The position numbers and the translations under genes were made by a program. The notes beneath the pieces were generated by a model. It saw nothing but the letters and a program-made list of their open reading frames with translations. It was not told where the DNA came from and did no database searches. From NCBI RefSeq assembly GCF_006345805.1, contig NC_043012.1:28458001-28522000 (forward strand): a stretch of 64,000 nucleotides of DNA, in the 5' to 3' direction. Below are positions 39,661-51,625 of this stretch, piece by piece (position 1 is the stretch's first letter; every line of letters starts with the position of its first letter). Origin of the DNA: Octopus sinensis (Eukaryota).

Positions 39661-42566
39661 AAGTATTTTCCGTTAATGTTTTCCAGTAGGGTTTTGACTT
39701 TGACATTAATGTGAATGAACTCTGATTTCAAATTTGAAAATAACTGTAGGCTTCTTTTAGCTAATCAATAAATAGATATTTTGGTGGCAGGCATTAAAAG
39801 ACCTGGTAGAGCAAGGGACACAATACTTTAGTTGCTTATTTAGATTGTTCTGAGTTCAAATCTCGCAGAGTTCAGCTGCACCTTTTATCATACCTAGGTC
39901 AATAAGATAAGTGCCAGTTAAGTCTTAAAACCTGTTGGAACAGTTACATGCCATACAAAAAATTCTTAGATTTGTTTCAATATCACATCTCAATAGATAT
40001 ATTTTCTAACAAAATTAAAATTTTGTCGTAATGAACTGAATTTCGTATTGATCTGTCCCGTTTTCGGAATTCTGCTCTCAAATGGTCTTGTGCCTATCTC
40101 TGAGTCTTAGGATGTTAACTGAATGATGGATCTCATTCTCCTTGATAGCATGCATGTCTATTGCGGGAGGAATTCAATTCAACAATGCAAGCCAATGAAT
40201 TACTCGTTATTTGATGATAGAACTGCTTAAAGCTGTGAATTACATGCCCCATCGTGCTTTGACTATGAACAGAACGTAGTGGCCAGGAAGATGTACAAAC
40301 TATTGATTCCTTAGCAATTTTTCTGGTACTCTATCAATTAATCCATCTATGTCTCGTCAATATTTCAAGCTACTGTATAATGACGAGCTGACGGGGAAGG
40401 CAACTAGGTATCCAATTCTTCTTAAAACCATATCCTACTTGTTTTCAAAATAGAAGAGATATTGAACATCACTGTCTTAGATTCACTACTTGAAATAAAG
40501 ACAGGACAGTCGGAGCTGGAATAACTGCGAACATAGCTCTACTTATTCAAAGCTCACCTAAGGTTACACAACAACGATGTAAAGTACTCTACTATTGACA
40601 TGATTATACCCAGTATTTTTACCAGTTGCCTCGCGTTGATATGCGTTTAACAGCATAAATCGTTAAATTGGTGTTCTAGGTTAGTCCTAGAATTTAATCT
40701 ATATTTAAATGGGGAATATGACATTGCATTAATGTTGAAATACTTTTACACGTAATTTTACCGTATAAATCTTTCATCAGTTGGATGCCTGTTCTGCTTA
40801 TCAATAAAATATTGATGTATTGATAAAGTTTGCGTGAATGGTACAAGATTATAACTTAGTAAAGTTTCTGTTTTTTAATTAATCATACTACTCTACTACT
40901 CTTATACTTAAATGAGTTTTAGCTTTTTGAAATTACTTGACTTGGAAAGCAAACGATTTAAGAGAAAATGATAATGCGGGTATTGTGAAATGTTTTCTCA
41001 ATTATTCTCAAATAAGCCAGCAATTATACAACTCATCTATACAATACCTCTACAGTAAATGACATACAATATCAGATAACTTTCATTTTTCTGAATTAGC
41101 GAAGGAGGCTCCATCTGGTCACTCGACCTGTTCGAAATCGCACCCTAGTCTCCATGAAATCATATACGTATCATACTGTCATTAAAGAAACCGTATGACA
41201 CATTGAATAATGTCTTGAATACACTGTTTGAATAAAAGGCGCAATGGAATGCTTTCACTTTTAGTACTTTGCTGTACTTTTCCCATTTCTCTGAATAATA
41301 CAGAAGCTAAGATTACATTCTACATGTTTCTATTAATAAAGTTTACAAATACATAGTATTTGTTTAAATAACTTAGTTAAAGTAAGTTCGTGTATCAAGG
41401 TAATCTGTGTTATCCTGTTTCGGGATATTTTATTACTTTGAAGAACGATCTTATCCGAAACCCATATCTAACTTCTCATGACACACGAATTTCTTCTACA
41501 CTATCAATTTCATTTACTGCTTTATTATTAAAAAAATTTTTAGGGGCAGACTATCGGTAGTTTCTATGAGTTTTCGTTTTTTTCTGTCTGTAATCATTGG
41601 AAGCTTGATTTGAGCTGTAGATAAGACATGTCTGTCTAATTGAGCCAATCCCAGAAAAAGCCTGTGGGGTAGCATAATATCTACATTTGCCTTCTCGTGG
41701 TGATTGGACGGAAATTATGCAAATAATATAATTTCAGTAGATATATTAGAAATACTTTACTTTTGTACCATTGCATTTTCTTTCTTTTTTCATGACTGAT
41801 GATTTGTGGAAAATCTCTTTTGACTCAAAATAGAAAACTCTGTATTGAACAGTTTTGTTGAAATGTCACAAAACAGGTTCTTACTTGGGAATCAAGAGTC
41901 ATGCATTCTCACAGCCACATTCCATTATTTCTTTGCGTTTTGAGTACTTTTTTCGCTTTCTAATTTTAGAAATTGTTTTATGAAAGATTATTTGGAAGAA
42001 GACCAAATAAATAAATGAATAAATTTCATCCTCTTATCAAGTTATATCTCTTGCACAACCCACAATTATTGTTTAGCATATATTAAACCAGAAGTATTTA
42101 AGGTTTCTATTAAATTATAGATAATACGAAAGTTAATCTCTTGTTGATTTCAGAAAGATGTTTAGCACTTTATTTTACATTCTGTTACATTTTAAGTTTC
42201 ATTCAAAAGATTCTCAAGCTGGTGATTCCTGTATTATGTCAGATTTCGGAGTTGTAAATCAGTTAGATGTATATTTCTTTTAATATAGAAACTCAAACAT
42301 CAAAGAAATCAGGGTTTCATTGGATTGCACGTTATACAAGAGAAAATAAGAATCACCTGGCAATAATTTGTAAACTTTTACACAACAAACAGCACATACT
42401 TACACATGGGTGCATGTCTGCAGGTTCAGACATTTATGTTATGATTCCTGATGGAATTCACTTGACTCATGTTGTTGCACAAAAGGCCGCAGTCACAGGA
42501 CCGAAACAATTAAAACAATAAAAACTATGTCAATTTAATCCTGAGTAACGCCGGGTATCTTTGCTC

Positions 42567-42606
<40 letters not shown>

Positions 42607-43302
42607 ATGCAGCACGGATTTTGTCAGTGAACAGGTCGCGGATTTTAGCGACGAAAATATTTTGACAAATTAAACTTAAATGTTGAAGTGAATCGAACGG
42701 CTTTTGTGTGTTTCTTAAATGGCTTATAAACACCTTCAACGCTGCAATTGTTATATATATATATATGACATTAAATAAATCTTCACAGTAAGGAATCGCT
42801 TTTGTGTCAAAGTATCACTCACATATTTGAGAGAACTGTCGACTTCGACTTACTTTCTTTCAGTTGAAGATATTCGTGTGTTCGTTGATTTGCGGCTTGC
42901 AGCTAAATAAAATTTGACTTATTCACTAGAAACACAAGGCTTAGCATTGGTATCAAATATTACTTTGTTAAGTATTTCTCCTTGTTACATGATTTTGAAG
43001 CCTGCAATAGCTCCATTTTCATTATTGCACACACTCTTCGTTACATAAACTGATATGTACATCAGGATATAATATATTTTAATCTTCATCTGTTGGTCTG
43101 TCCATCCGTTCCCCCACCCCAACATGACTGTAGTTGGAGGTTACATTAGAAGCGGGGAGAACCACAATACACGAAGTAGAAATATATTAAAACAAAGATT
43201 TAGTCAATGAATCTTATGTTCATTCTAGGGGAATTTATCAGGAAGTGTATGATGAATTCCACTCAAAGGCAATGAAATGTAACGGTAATGGTCCAGTAAG
43301 AG

Positions 43303-43398
<96 letters not shown>

Positions 43399-43439
43399 TC
43401 TATTCTATTCTATCTATCTACATACATACTGTTGAGCGA

Positions 43440-45075
43440 GAGTCACTGACACGCCTGGTGGATTGGAAGAATGGACTAGCCGAACTCTTATAAAGAGTCG
43501 TGGTCGATAGTAGTCAGAGACGAAGGCTGGAGTTCTACTTTAGATTTTACGTCGGCTGAGGAAGAGATGGTTAAAATTGTGAAGAGACTAGACGAAGTAA
43601 TGAAGGTGAAGAATTATGCAGAGGCAGTGAAAGATAAAAGCGAAGACGTGTGTCTGGAGGAGTGAAGTAGATTTAAAGAAATGCTTAGAAAGGAGAGGAA
43701 CGACGTAAAAGTGCACCCCCAAGAAGTTTTAAAAGAAAAAAGAAAAAAGAAAAAAAAAACATTATTTACAGGACGTACTCAGCAATAAGGAAAATTGAAA
43801 TCATGTCGACTGCTCAAATCGAAAAGGCATTAAAACTAATCTGGCAAGGGATTTCTTACCTTGTCAGAGGAAGAAAGTTTGGAACGGTGGAGGTACAGTT
43901 CCGTAAGGTAGCTACTGATAGGCTGCACACGGCAACACCCTTAAAAATGGATGAAGGGGTGCACCCATATAACTTGGGAGACGTGCTTCCAGGGTTAGGA
44001 TAGAAGATACACCTCCAGAAATTGATGTAGCCTGGCTAGCAGCTGCCATACTGCTGGGCACGGAAGAGATGGTAGTAGTTCTCCAGGCCACCAGATTGCT
44101 CCATAAGAACTGGCAAGGGCAGAACCAAGATATAATAATCCATGCAGCCCCGGAGGCCTTGAAAACATGGTCGAGACCATCACAGTCGAAGAGATGACAC
44201 TCAGGATCAGAGTAGAAGGCAGGATCCTGCGATGCTATAAATGTGGTCTGAAAGGTCACATTATAGTAGATTGTCTTTCGCTACTCGTGAGGACTAAAGG
44301 GAAACCCGAGAGCAGGAAGGAAATTGCAACTTCACCGATGGAAACCAGTAGCAGCGCCGAGGAAGAGGAGGTGAACGAGGAGAAGAACGGACGGGAAACG
44401 GCTGGAAAAAAAGAAGGAAGGGAAGCAAAAAAGCACACTTTGTAAATGATGATCCCATCCCACACCCACCTGACTCCCACTCACATCCATTCTACCCCAA
44501 CCTTCCCCTACAGACACCAACCCTTCTCCATGCTCCATCTGACACAAAGACAAGCACAAGCACAATGGAGCCCCAAACTTTCCCACCCTTATCCTGTGAG
44601 AAAAAAATATGTTATACTGTCCAACGGACAAAATGGAAAAATTTATAATGAGATAGAGTCATGGGACAGAGCGATAAAAGTGAATACGACAGAAGTTAGG
44701 GGATTGCTCGAGTACTTTCATTGTGTGGTGGCAGACCCTGAGTATATTTTGAGAGTAAAAAATTATGAGCGGGACTTTGAGTGGTGGGTCAAGAAAATGG
44801 TCACCAGCACAATACCAGAACGGGTAAGCTATCTTGAACTTTTAAAGAAATTTAACATAGACATTCTTCGAAAAGATGAAAGTAAACAAATAGTTAACAA
44901 ATAATGTTTTAAAAAGTTGTATTAACAGGTTTAATGAAGTCGCTCGGAGGTGGGGGCCGAACGGCTTCATTTCATTTATCATTTTATTTAATTCATCCTT
45001 TCCATTTGTACTCTTTTCTGTTCCCACCATGTGATGCCCCTTCTGTGTTAGGCCCTGTGTGGCCAATAAAAGAAG
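43440..45075 (+). mobile_element. Tx1/L1-like ORF1-only unit 1 (RRM-like region, CCHC knuckle, uncharacterised C-terminal ORF), frameshifted
   Basis: ORFs 43803, 44167 (CYKCGLKGHIIVDC) and 44446; ends in a 3' tail with AATAAA; no endonuclease or RT between ORF1 and the tail. Confidence 0.7.
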
Positions 45076-45092
45076 GAGAGCGTTTTGGTAGT

Positions 45093-46629
45093 AGTTCGTA
45101 GTTTGGTCACGTTTTTATTCCGTCAACGTCGTAGACGCCGTCATACCAAGGTTCCGAGTTAGCGTAAGTTGCTCGTTCGTTTCATGCAATTGTAACGTTA
45201 TTCTGTCGTGTGTTTTTCTACACTCTGTTTTTTTGCTGCCTTGCGGCAGTACTGTTAGCGTTTTCCCTCGGTTGAAGGGGAAAGCACTGTGAGTGCTTAG
45301 TTCGTCCCCTATGACCTCGTTCGAGGAGGACCTGAGAAGAAGTCTGAAGAGGATTGACAAAGTAATGGAAGAAAGGAAGAAAATGAACTTTGCAGCTGCA
45401 AGTTGGTGATAAGACAGAAGAAATCTGTATCAACAAAAAGGAAATGCAAAAATACAAAGAAATGTTGAAGTGAGAAGGACACGAAGTGAAGGTGTCACCC
45501 CTCCCCCGCCCCCAGCAACAATACAATGTTTATCAAGGAAATAAGTATCACATACAGAACATAAAACCCGAAATCCAACAAGGTGGAGATAGTGGCAAAA
45601 GAACAAATGGAAAAGGCACTAAGACCCATCTGGTTGGATACTACCTTCCTTGCCAGAGGATCGACGTTTGCGACGGTGGAGGTACGGTTTACCAGCAAAG
45701 CGATAGCCAGATGTCATTCTGCGACCTCTATGAAGACAGACGAGGTAGTCATTCTACCTTTCCATCTGGGAAGTTGTGTGTCCAGGGTAATGGTGAATGG
45801 AATACCTCCGGAGGTGGACGTAAACTGGATAAAAGCGGCAATTTTAATGGGCTTCCAGGAAGGGATTACAATCCTACAAGCGACAAAGGTAACCTGCGAA
45901 GAATTGGCTAGGACAGACACTGGAAATAATAATCCAGAGGACTTGGGAGAAATGGTCAACACCATAGCGGTGGGAGACGAGGTGAGGCTTGGGATTGTGG
46001 TGGAAGACAAGAGGCCGAGGTGCTACAACTGTGTACAATTGGGACACATAAGGGCCAAGTGCTTTCCCACTCCCTGTAGAAGGACCAAAAGAAGCCCCAC
46101 TGGAGACCGTGTCTCTAACAGTCGCAACATCAAGAATTGAGAGGATGGAAACAAAAACTCAGGAGTACAAAAAGAAAAATCAACAGAATGGACAAAGAAG
46201 TAACACTGTTGACAACTTCTACAAAGTGACAGTGAATGGCAAGTGGCTGGGAGGAAGAGGAAAAACAAAATTATTTGTTTCCCCCCTCCCGCAAACAAAA
46301 AAGCCAAAAATTACAAGATTTTACAAACAAGAACACACATGAACATTTAACAGAAACAAACAAAGAGAATAAAAAAAAGAAAAACAAAAGAAAACTGAGG
46401 TGACTTCACCAAGCAAAGTGAAAAAGAAAGACTGGCAATTTATGTTAGATTTTTAAATAAAATGTTCAATGATGTCGCCTGAGTCGTGGGGCACGGGTGA
46501 CCATCATTTCATCTTTTCATTTATTAATCAGAGATTTGCTCATTCGATTTTTTCTTTTTCTTTTCGGCCCCACATATAATGTCCTGTATCATCCCCTCTT
46601 TGTTGGTCCTATGTGGATGATAAAAAAAT
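45093..46629 (+). mobile_element. Tx1/L1-like ORF1-only unit 2
   Basis: ORF 45583..46140 homologous to unit 1, with CYNCVQLGHIRAKC (46021-46062); flanked by exact GAGAGCGTTTTGGTAGT at 45076-45092 and 46630-46646. Confidence 0.7.
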
Positions 46630-47365
46630 GAGAGCGTTTTGGTAGTCTTGCGAAGTACGCGTGTGAACACGTTGATTAAACATCCGCTACATGATTTATC
46701 TGTACCGACTTGTCACTGGATATAAAACATACATACATACACGAGCACGCACGCACATACATACATGCAATGTATGTATGTATCTCGTAACTAGAACACG
46801 AAAGCGCTTTCCCAGTACTTAATTTTTCTAAAAGGAAAGAATTAGTATTTTGAGATGATAATTTCTAAAGTATGTATGCATGTATGTATGTATGTTTGTA
46901 TGTTTGTATGTATGTATGTATGTATGTATGTATGTATGTATGTATGTATGTATGTATGTATGTATGTATGCACGCATAATAAATTACTGAAAAAAGTTTT
47001 TTGTGTTCTAGTTATGAAATGCATGCATGTCGTAACTAGGACACAAAAGCGTTTTTTCAGTACTTTTGCTAGAAGGAATGAATTGATATTACTGAGATGG
47101 TAATTTTTACAATTTAATTGTATTATAGATGATATCGGTTAAGAATTTGATAAGCAACACTTTAATTACATTCAAAACAATATTGTTTCCTTTTAAAAGT
47201 CTCAGAAACATGTTTCATAAAACTTTGATACTCATTCTTTTTCCGATTCCTGGGAGCTTAAACTCTTGTCCTAACACATTCAAGAGAGAAATATTTTCTT
47301 TGTTCTTTGAATTTTAGCAGTATGTGTTATGTTTTTCATTTTTAAAAGAATTTATTCCTTCATCC

Positions 47366-47446
47366 ACATTATTTACATTTGACGGATATACCCTCCAGCA
47401 TTTATTTCGAACCTGGGTTCTCATTCCTAAGGTATTTTTCGATGTT
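47366..47446 (-). repeat. Inverted, doubly deleted copy of the body of the adjacent SINE
   Basis: Reverse complement equals 47710-47853 minus two internal segments. Confidence 0.9.
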
Positions 47447-47452
47447 ATTATC

Positions 47453-47490
<38 letters not shown>

Positions 47491-47518
47491 CAGTATTATT
47501 ATTATTATTATTATTATC

Positions 47519-47583
<65 letters not shown>

Positions 47584-47585
47584 AC

Positions 47586-47654
47586 GCATATAGCGTAGTG
47601 GTTAAGAGCGCGAGCTACTAACCCCAAGATTCCGAGTTCGATTCCAGGCAGTGA

Positions 47655-47702
<48 letters not shown>

Positions 47703-47880
47703 CAACAACAACATCGAAAAATACCTTAGGAATGGGAACCCAGGTTCGAAATTTCCCCTAGACACCTGATGAATGCTGGAGGGTATATCAGCCGAAACGT
47801 TGTGTTAACAACAAGCAAGATGAAGACAAATATCCGTCAAATGTAAATAATGTACATAATTCCTCATCTCTTAAATATAG
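47586..47880 (+). mobile_element. tRNA-headed SINE-like element: Pol III head + (AAT)n(AAC)n + hammerhead-containing body
   Basis: A box TAGCGTAGTGG (47591-47601), B box GAGTTCGATTCC (47634-47645), microsatellite, then body 47710-47880. Confidence 0.8.
47761..47806 (+). ncRNA. Minimal type-I hammerhead ribozyme fold (canonical core)
   Basis: GACAC-CTGATGA-AT-GCTG-gagggtatat-CAGC-C-GAA-AC-GT-T-GTGTT: stem I GACAC/GTGTT, stem II GCTG/CAGC, palindromic stem III ACGT, GUU triplet (predicted cut after 47801). Confidence 0.75.
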
Positions 47881-47976
47881 AAATGTATTACTCCTTTATC
47901 GTTTTAAAATTATTTTTATGAAGTTTTACTTAACTCCAAAATGCAAATTTTCATTTTACATTTTTTTTTCTTGCAG

Positions 47977-49019
47977 ATAATACTGAAAACACCGATAAAA
48001 AGACACAACCTCAAAGCAGATTAGTCGAAAAAACTCTACGGAAACGAAAATTGGTCTTCGACGAAGAACATTTTCAAGATGCATTCCTTCGCTGTATCAT
48101 CTGTCGAGATGTATATAACGATACTAACAAAGCCCCCAAATCTTTACCATGTCAACATTGCTTCTGCCTCAACTGTTTTCTGGAAATGTTCCGCGTGGAA
48201 GGCGAGTATCGACAGTCCTTGACTTCGGCTTTCAGAGGCATGCCACGTGCAGTAAAGATTCAATGTCCGACTTGCAGGGAAAGCATTATTGCCTCTGAGG
48301 ATGACCTCCGTCGACTTCCAAATCAAAACAGTATCTTAGAGCTTCTGAAATTCGTTGAACAAACAGGCATCACTGACATTTCCTACTGCTCCAAACACCA
48401 ACTACAACCGATCAACTTTTTCTGTGAGTTGTGTTCTGTAGCTGTCTGTAGTGATTGTACAGTTCTCGACCACAAGGAAATAAACGGTCATAACGTGATG
48501 AGCATAGATGAAGCCTTGAAAAAATACACACCAGTTATTAACGACTCTATTGAAGATATGGAAATGCAAAAACAAAAATATCGTGAGAAGCGACTGCAGA
48601 TTCTTCAGCGAATGGAAGATGTAAATAAAATGGAAAAGCGTGTATCAGCAGAAATTAAAGAAGCATTCCAATCTTTCCGAAATGCTATAATAGAACGTGA
48701 ACGCAATATCACTTCCATGGCTGAACAAGAAGCAAGCAGAAAACGAACCCATCTCAGTGAAAATCTGCGTCAGATAACGGAAAAAGAGGAAGATATGACA
48801 GAGCGAATTAAAATTTTAAACGCAGCCAAAGTTGAAAAAGATATTCCATATATGTTCTCTATGTACAGTGCTGTGCAGGATTCATTAAATGACAACATTG
48901 AACTGCCTCATCGAATGGATGACGGATTTGATCTGTCTTTTCATTATAAAACAGAGAAGTTAGATACAGTTACTTGGGACCTGAAAGAATTTGGTTTTCT
49001 GACAATCGAATCCTCATAA
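47977..49019 (+). CDS. TRIM-type E3 ligase paralog B (RING - B-box 2 - coiled coil), main/terminal coding exon
   Basis: Acceptor TTTTTTTTTCTTGCAG|AT at 47976/47977 (phase 1). Frame is open upstream of the ORF-track TTG (NTENTDKKTQPQSRLVEKTLRKRKLVFDEEHF) with no in-frame ATG after the stop at 47931. Same RING/B-box ligands as paralog A. Confidence 0.95.
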
Positions 49020-49829
49020 TGAATGTCCTCCAGAATTAATAACTGTGTGGTTTTGGGTCATAAAATGTGCCTCTATTATAACCAATTAATGTGCCAATTA
49101 TTTTATAATCTTATTCATTAAAGATAACTTTGTTTCATTTATTTTTCAACTGTAAAATATAAGTATTTTCGTTTATTTTGAATGAAAGCTCACACTTTTT
49201 TATTCTCATTTTTTCTAAAGTTTAACTATTTTGTATTGGCTCTCCATTTCCCCTAATATAGAATCTTATTAAAGGTTAATCTAACTTTCGCCAGATTACC
49301 TTCAGCATGATTGTTATTTACATTCCATTTATAAATACCACCAATGTCAATATTACCTTATATCCTTCTGCAGTTGATATGTACCAGTCAAGCACTGTGG
49401 TTGATATAATCAATTGTATTTCCCCCCCCACAAAAAAAAATTCTGTTTTTGTGTGTATATTTGAAACAGTAAAACAAAAACAGGTGGTAGATTGGCCATC
49501 ATGAGAGCGTCAGAAAAATGCCTCGTAGTATTTCTTCCGGTTTTGAGTTGAAATTCCACCAGGGTCAACTTCGCTTTTCACCCTCCGGATTTGATCAAAT
49601 AAATACCGGTCAAATATTGAAGTCATTGTAAATGCCTACACTCTGCCCACTAAAATGCTGGTCTTATGCAGAAATTTGAAATAATATTGTTGTTGTTGCT
49701 ATTACTATTTAGTAATCTTATTTTAATCTCGTGCTTTCACTACGCTATCGAGCGCAGCTCTGTCTTGGGTGTTTGTTGTGGTGCTCTTATTTTCACTGTA
49801 TTGAAAGTGTTTTACGTAGGATATGTGCA

Positions 49830-50190
49830 GGCGCAGGAGTGGCTGTGTGGTAAGTAGCTTGCGTGGCACTTTGGGCAAGTGTCTTCTACTATAGCCTCGG
49901 GCCGACCAAAGCCTTGTGAGTGGATTTGGTTGACGGAAACTGAAAGAAGCCTATCGTATATATGTATATATATATGTGTGTGTGTGTTTGTGTGTCTGTG
50001 TTTGTCCTACCAACAATCGCTTGACAACCGATGCTGGTGTGTTCATGTCCTCGTAACTTAGCGGTTCGGCAAAAGAGACCGATAGAATAAGTACTAGGCT
50101 TACAAAGAATAAGTCCTGGGGTCGATTTGCTCGACTAAAGGCGGTGCTCCAGCATGGCCGCAGTCAAATGACTGAAACAAGTAAAAGAGA
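49830..50190 (+). mobile_element. Near full-length tRNA-derived SINE with internal TA/TG microsatellite (head partly deleted)
   Basis: GGCGCAGGAGTGGCTGTGTGGTAAGTAGCTTG...GGATTTGGTTGACGGAAACTGAAAGAAGCC...CAGCATGGCCGCAGTCAAATGACTGAAACAAGTAAAAG. Confidence 0.9.
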
Positions 50191-50302
50191 GAAAAAGAGT
50201 AAAAGAGGTGCCTAGTAGTGCTATTTTCTGTATATTATATATACATGTAAGTCCTGATTCTTCTTCTTCTTCTTATTATTATTATTACTATTATTATTAT
50301 TA

Positions 50303-50334
<32 letters not shown>

Positions 50335-50335
<1 letters not shown>

Positions 50336-51625
50336 GGCGGCGAGCTGGCAGAATCGTTAGCACGCCAGGCAAAATGCTGAGTGGCATTTCGTTCGTCCTG
50401 ACATGCTGAGTTCAAATTCTGCCGAGGTTGACTTTGCCTTTCATCCTTTCGGGGTCGATAAATTGAGTACCGGCTGCGTACTGAGGTCGATCTAATCGAC
50501 TGGCCCCTCCCCTCAAATTTCGGACCTTGTGTCTATAGCAGAAAGGATTATTATTAAGGTGGCGAGCTGGCAGAAAAGTTAGCACGCCGGGGAAAATACT
50601 TTGCGGCATTTCGTCTTTAGTTCTGAGTTCAGATTCCGCCGAGGTCGACTTCGCTTTTCATCCTTTCCGAGTCAATAAAGTAAGTACCAGTTGAGTACTG
50701 GGGTCGATGTAATTGACTATCCTCCTCCCCACAAAATTCAGGCCTTGTGCCTACTGCGGAAAGGATTATTATTATTATTATTATTATTGTAGTAAGGCGG
50801 CAAGCTGGCAGAAACGTTAGCACGCTGGGCGAAATGCTTAGCGGTATTTCGTCTGCTGCTACGTTCTGAGTTCAAATTCCGCCGAGGTCGACTTTGCCTT
50901 TCATCCTTTCGGTGTCGATAAATTAAGTACCAGTTACACACCAGTGACTTAATCCGTTTGTCTGTCCTTGTTTGTCCTCTCTGTGTTTAGCCCCTTGTGG
51001 GTAGTAAAGAAATAGGTATTTCGTCTTAGCAGTATTTCGTCTGCCGCTACATTCTGAGTTCAAATTCCGCCGAGGTCGAATTTGCCTTTCATCCTTTCGG
51101 GGTCGATTAAATAAGGATCAGTTACGCACTGGGGTCGATATAATCGACTTAATCCGTTTGTCTGTCCTTGTTTGTCCTCTCTGTGTTTAGCCCCTTGTGA
51201 GTGGTAAAGAAATAGGCATTCACTCGAGCTAAGACCACCATTCTTACCTCTCTCTCTCCCTCCCTCTCTGAGGAACTTGAAAAAGTCGATGAAGGGGCTG
51301 GTTGAAACGGAAAATAACCCTTAGTCCTTCCGCTGCGTTTATTAACCAATGTATTTCGCCAGAGTCACGTTCCAGTTTGTGTGCATGAACAGCGTACAGA
51401 ATATTATTTAATATGTAAGTGACTTTGAAGGCAGTAAGCTTGAAGAATCGTAGAATGCTTAGCGGCATTTCGCCCGTTTTTACGTTCTAGGCTCAAATTC
51501 CACTGAGGTCGACTTTACATTTTATCCCTTTGGGGTCGATAAAATAAGTACCAGATGAGTACTAGGGTCAATGTAATTGACTTGTCCCCTCCCCAGAATT
51601 GCTGGCCTTGTACCAAAATTTGAAA
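50335..51625 (+). mobile_element. Head-to-tail cluster of five SINEs of the 13787 family
   Basis: GAGTTCAAATTC(C/T)GCCGAGGT(C/T)GAC-type cores recur at ~50410, 50620, 50868, 51058 and 51490; several heads follow (TTA)n tracts. Confidence 0.9.

Noticed and set aside
41645-41724. CCAAT / ATTGG / ATGCAAAT cluster as a promoter
   Set aside because: Short motifs are expected by chance in AT-rich DNA, and no downstream exon could be supported.
47586-47658. Functional tRNA gene
   Set aside because: A and B boxes are present but the anticodon and acceptor stems do not pair well, and it runs into a microsatellite and repeat body; it is a SINE head.
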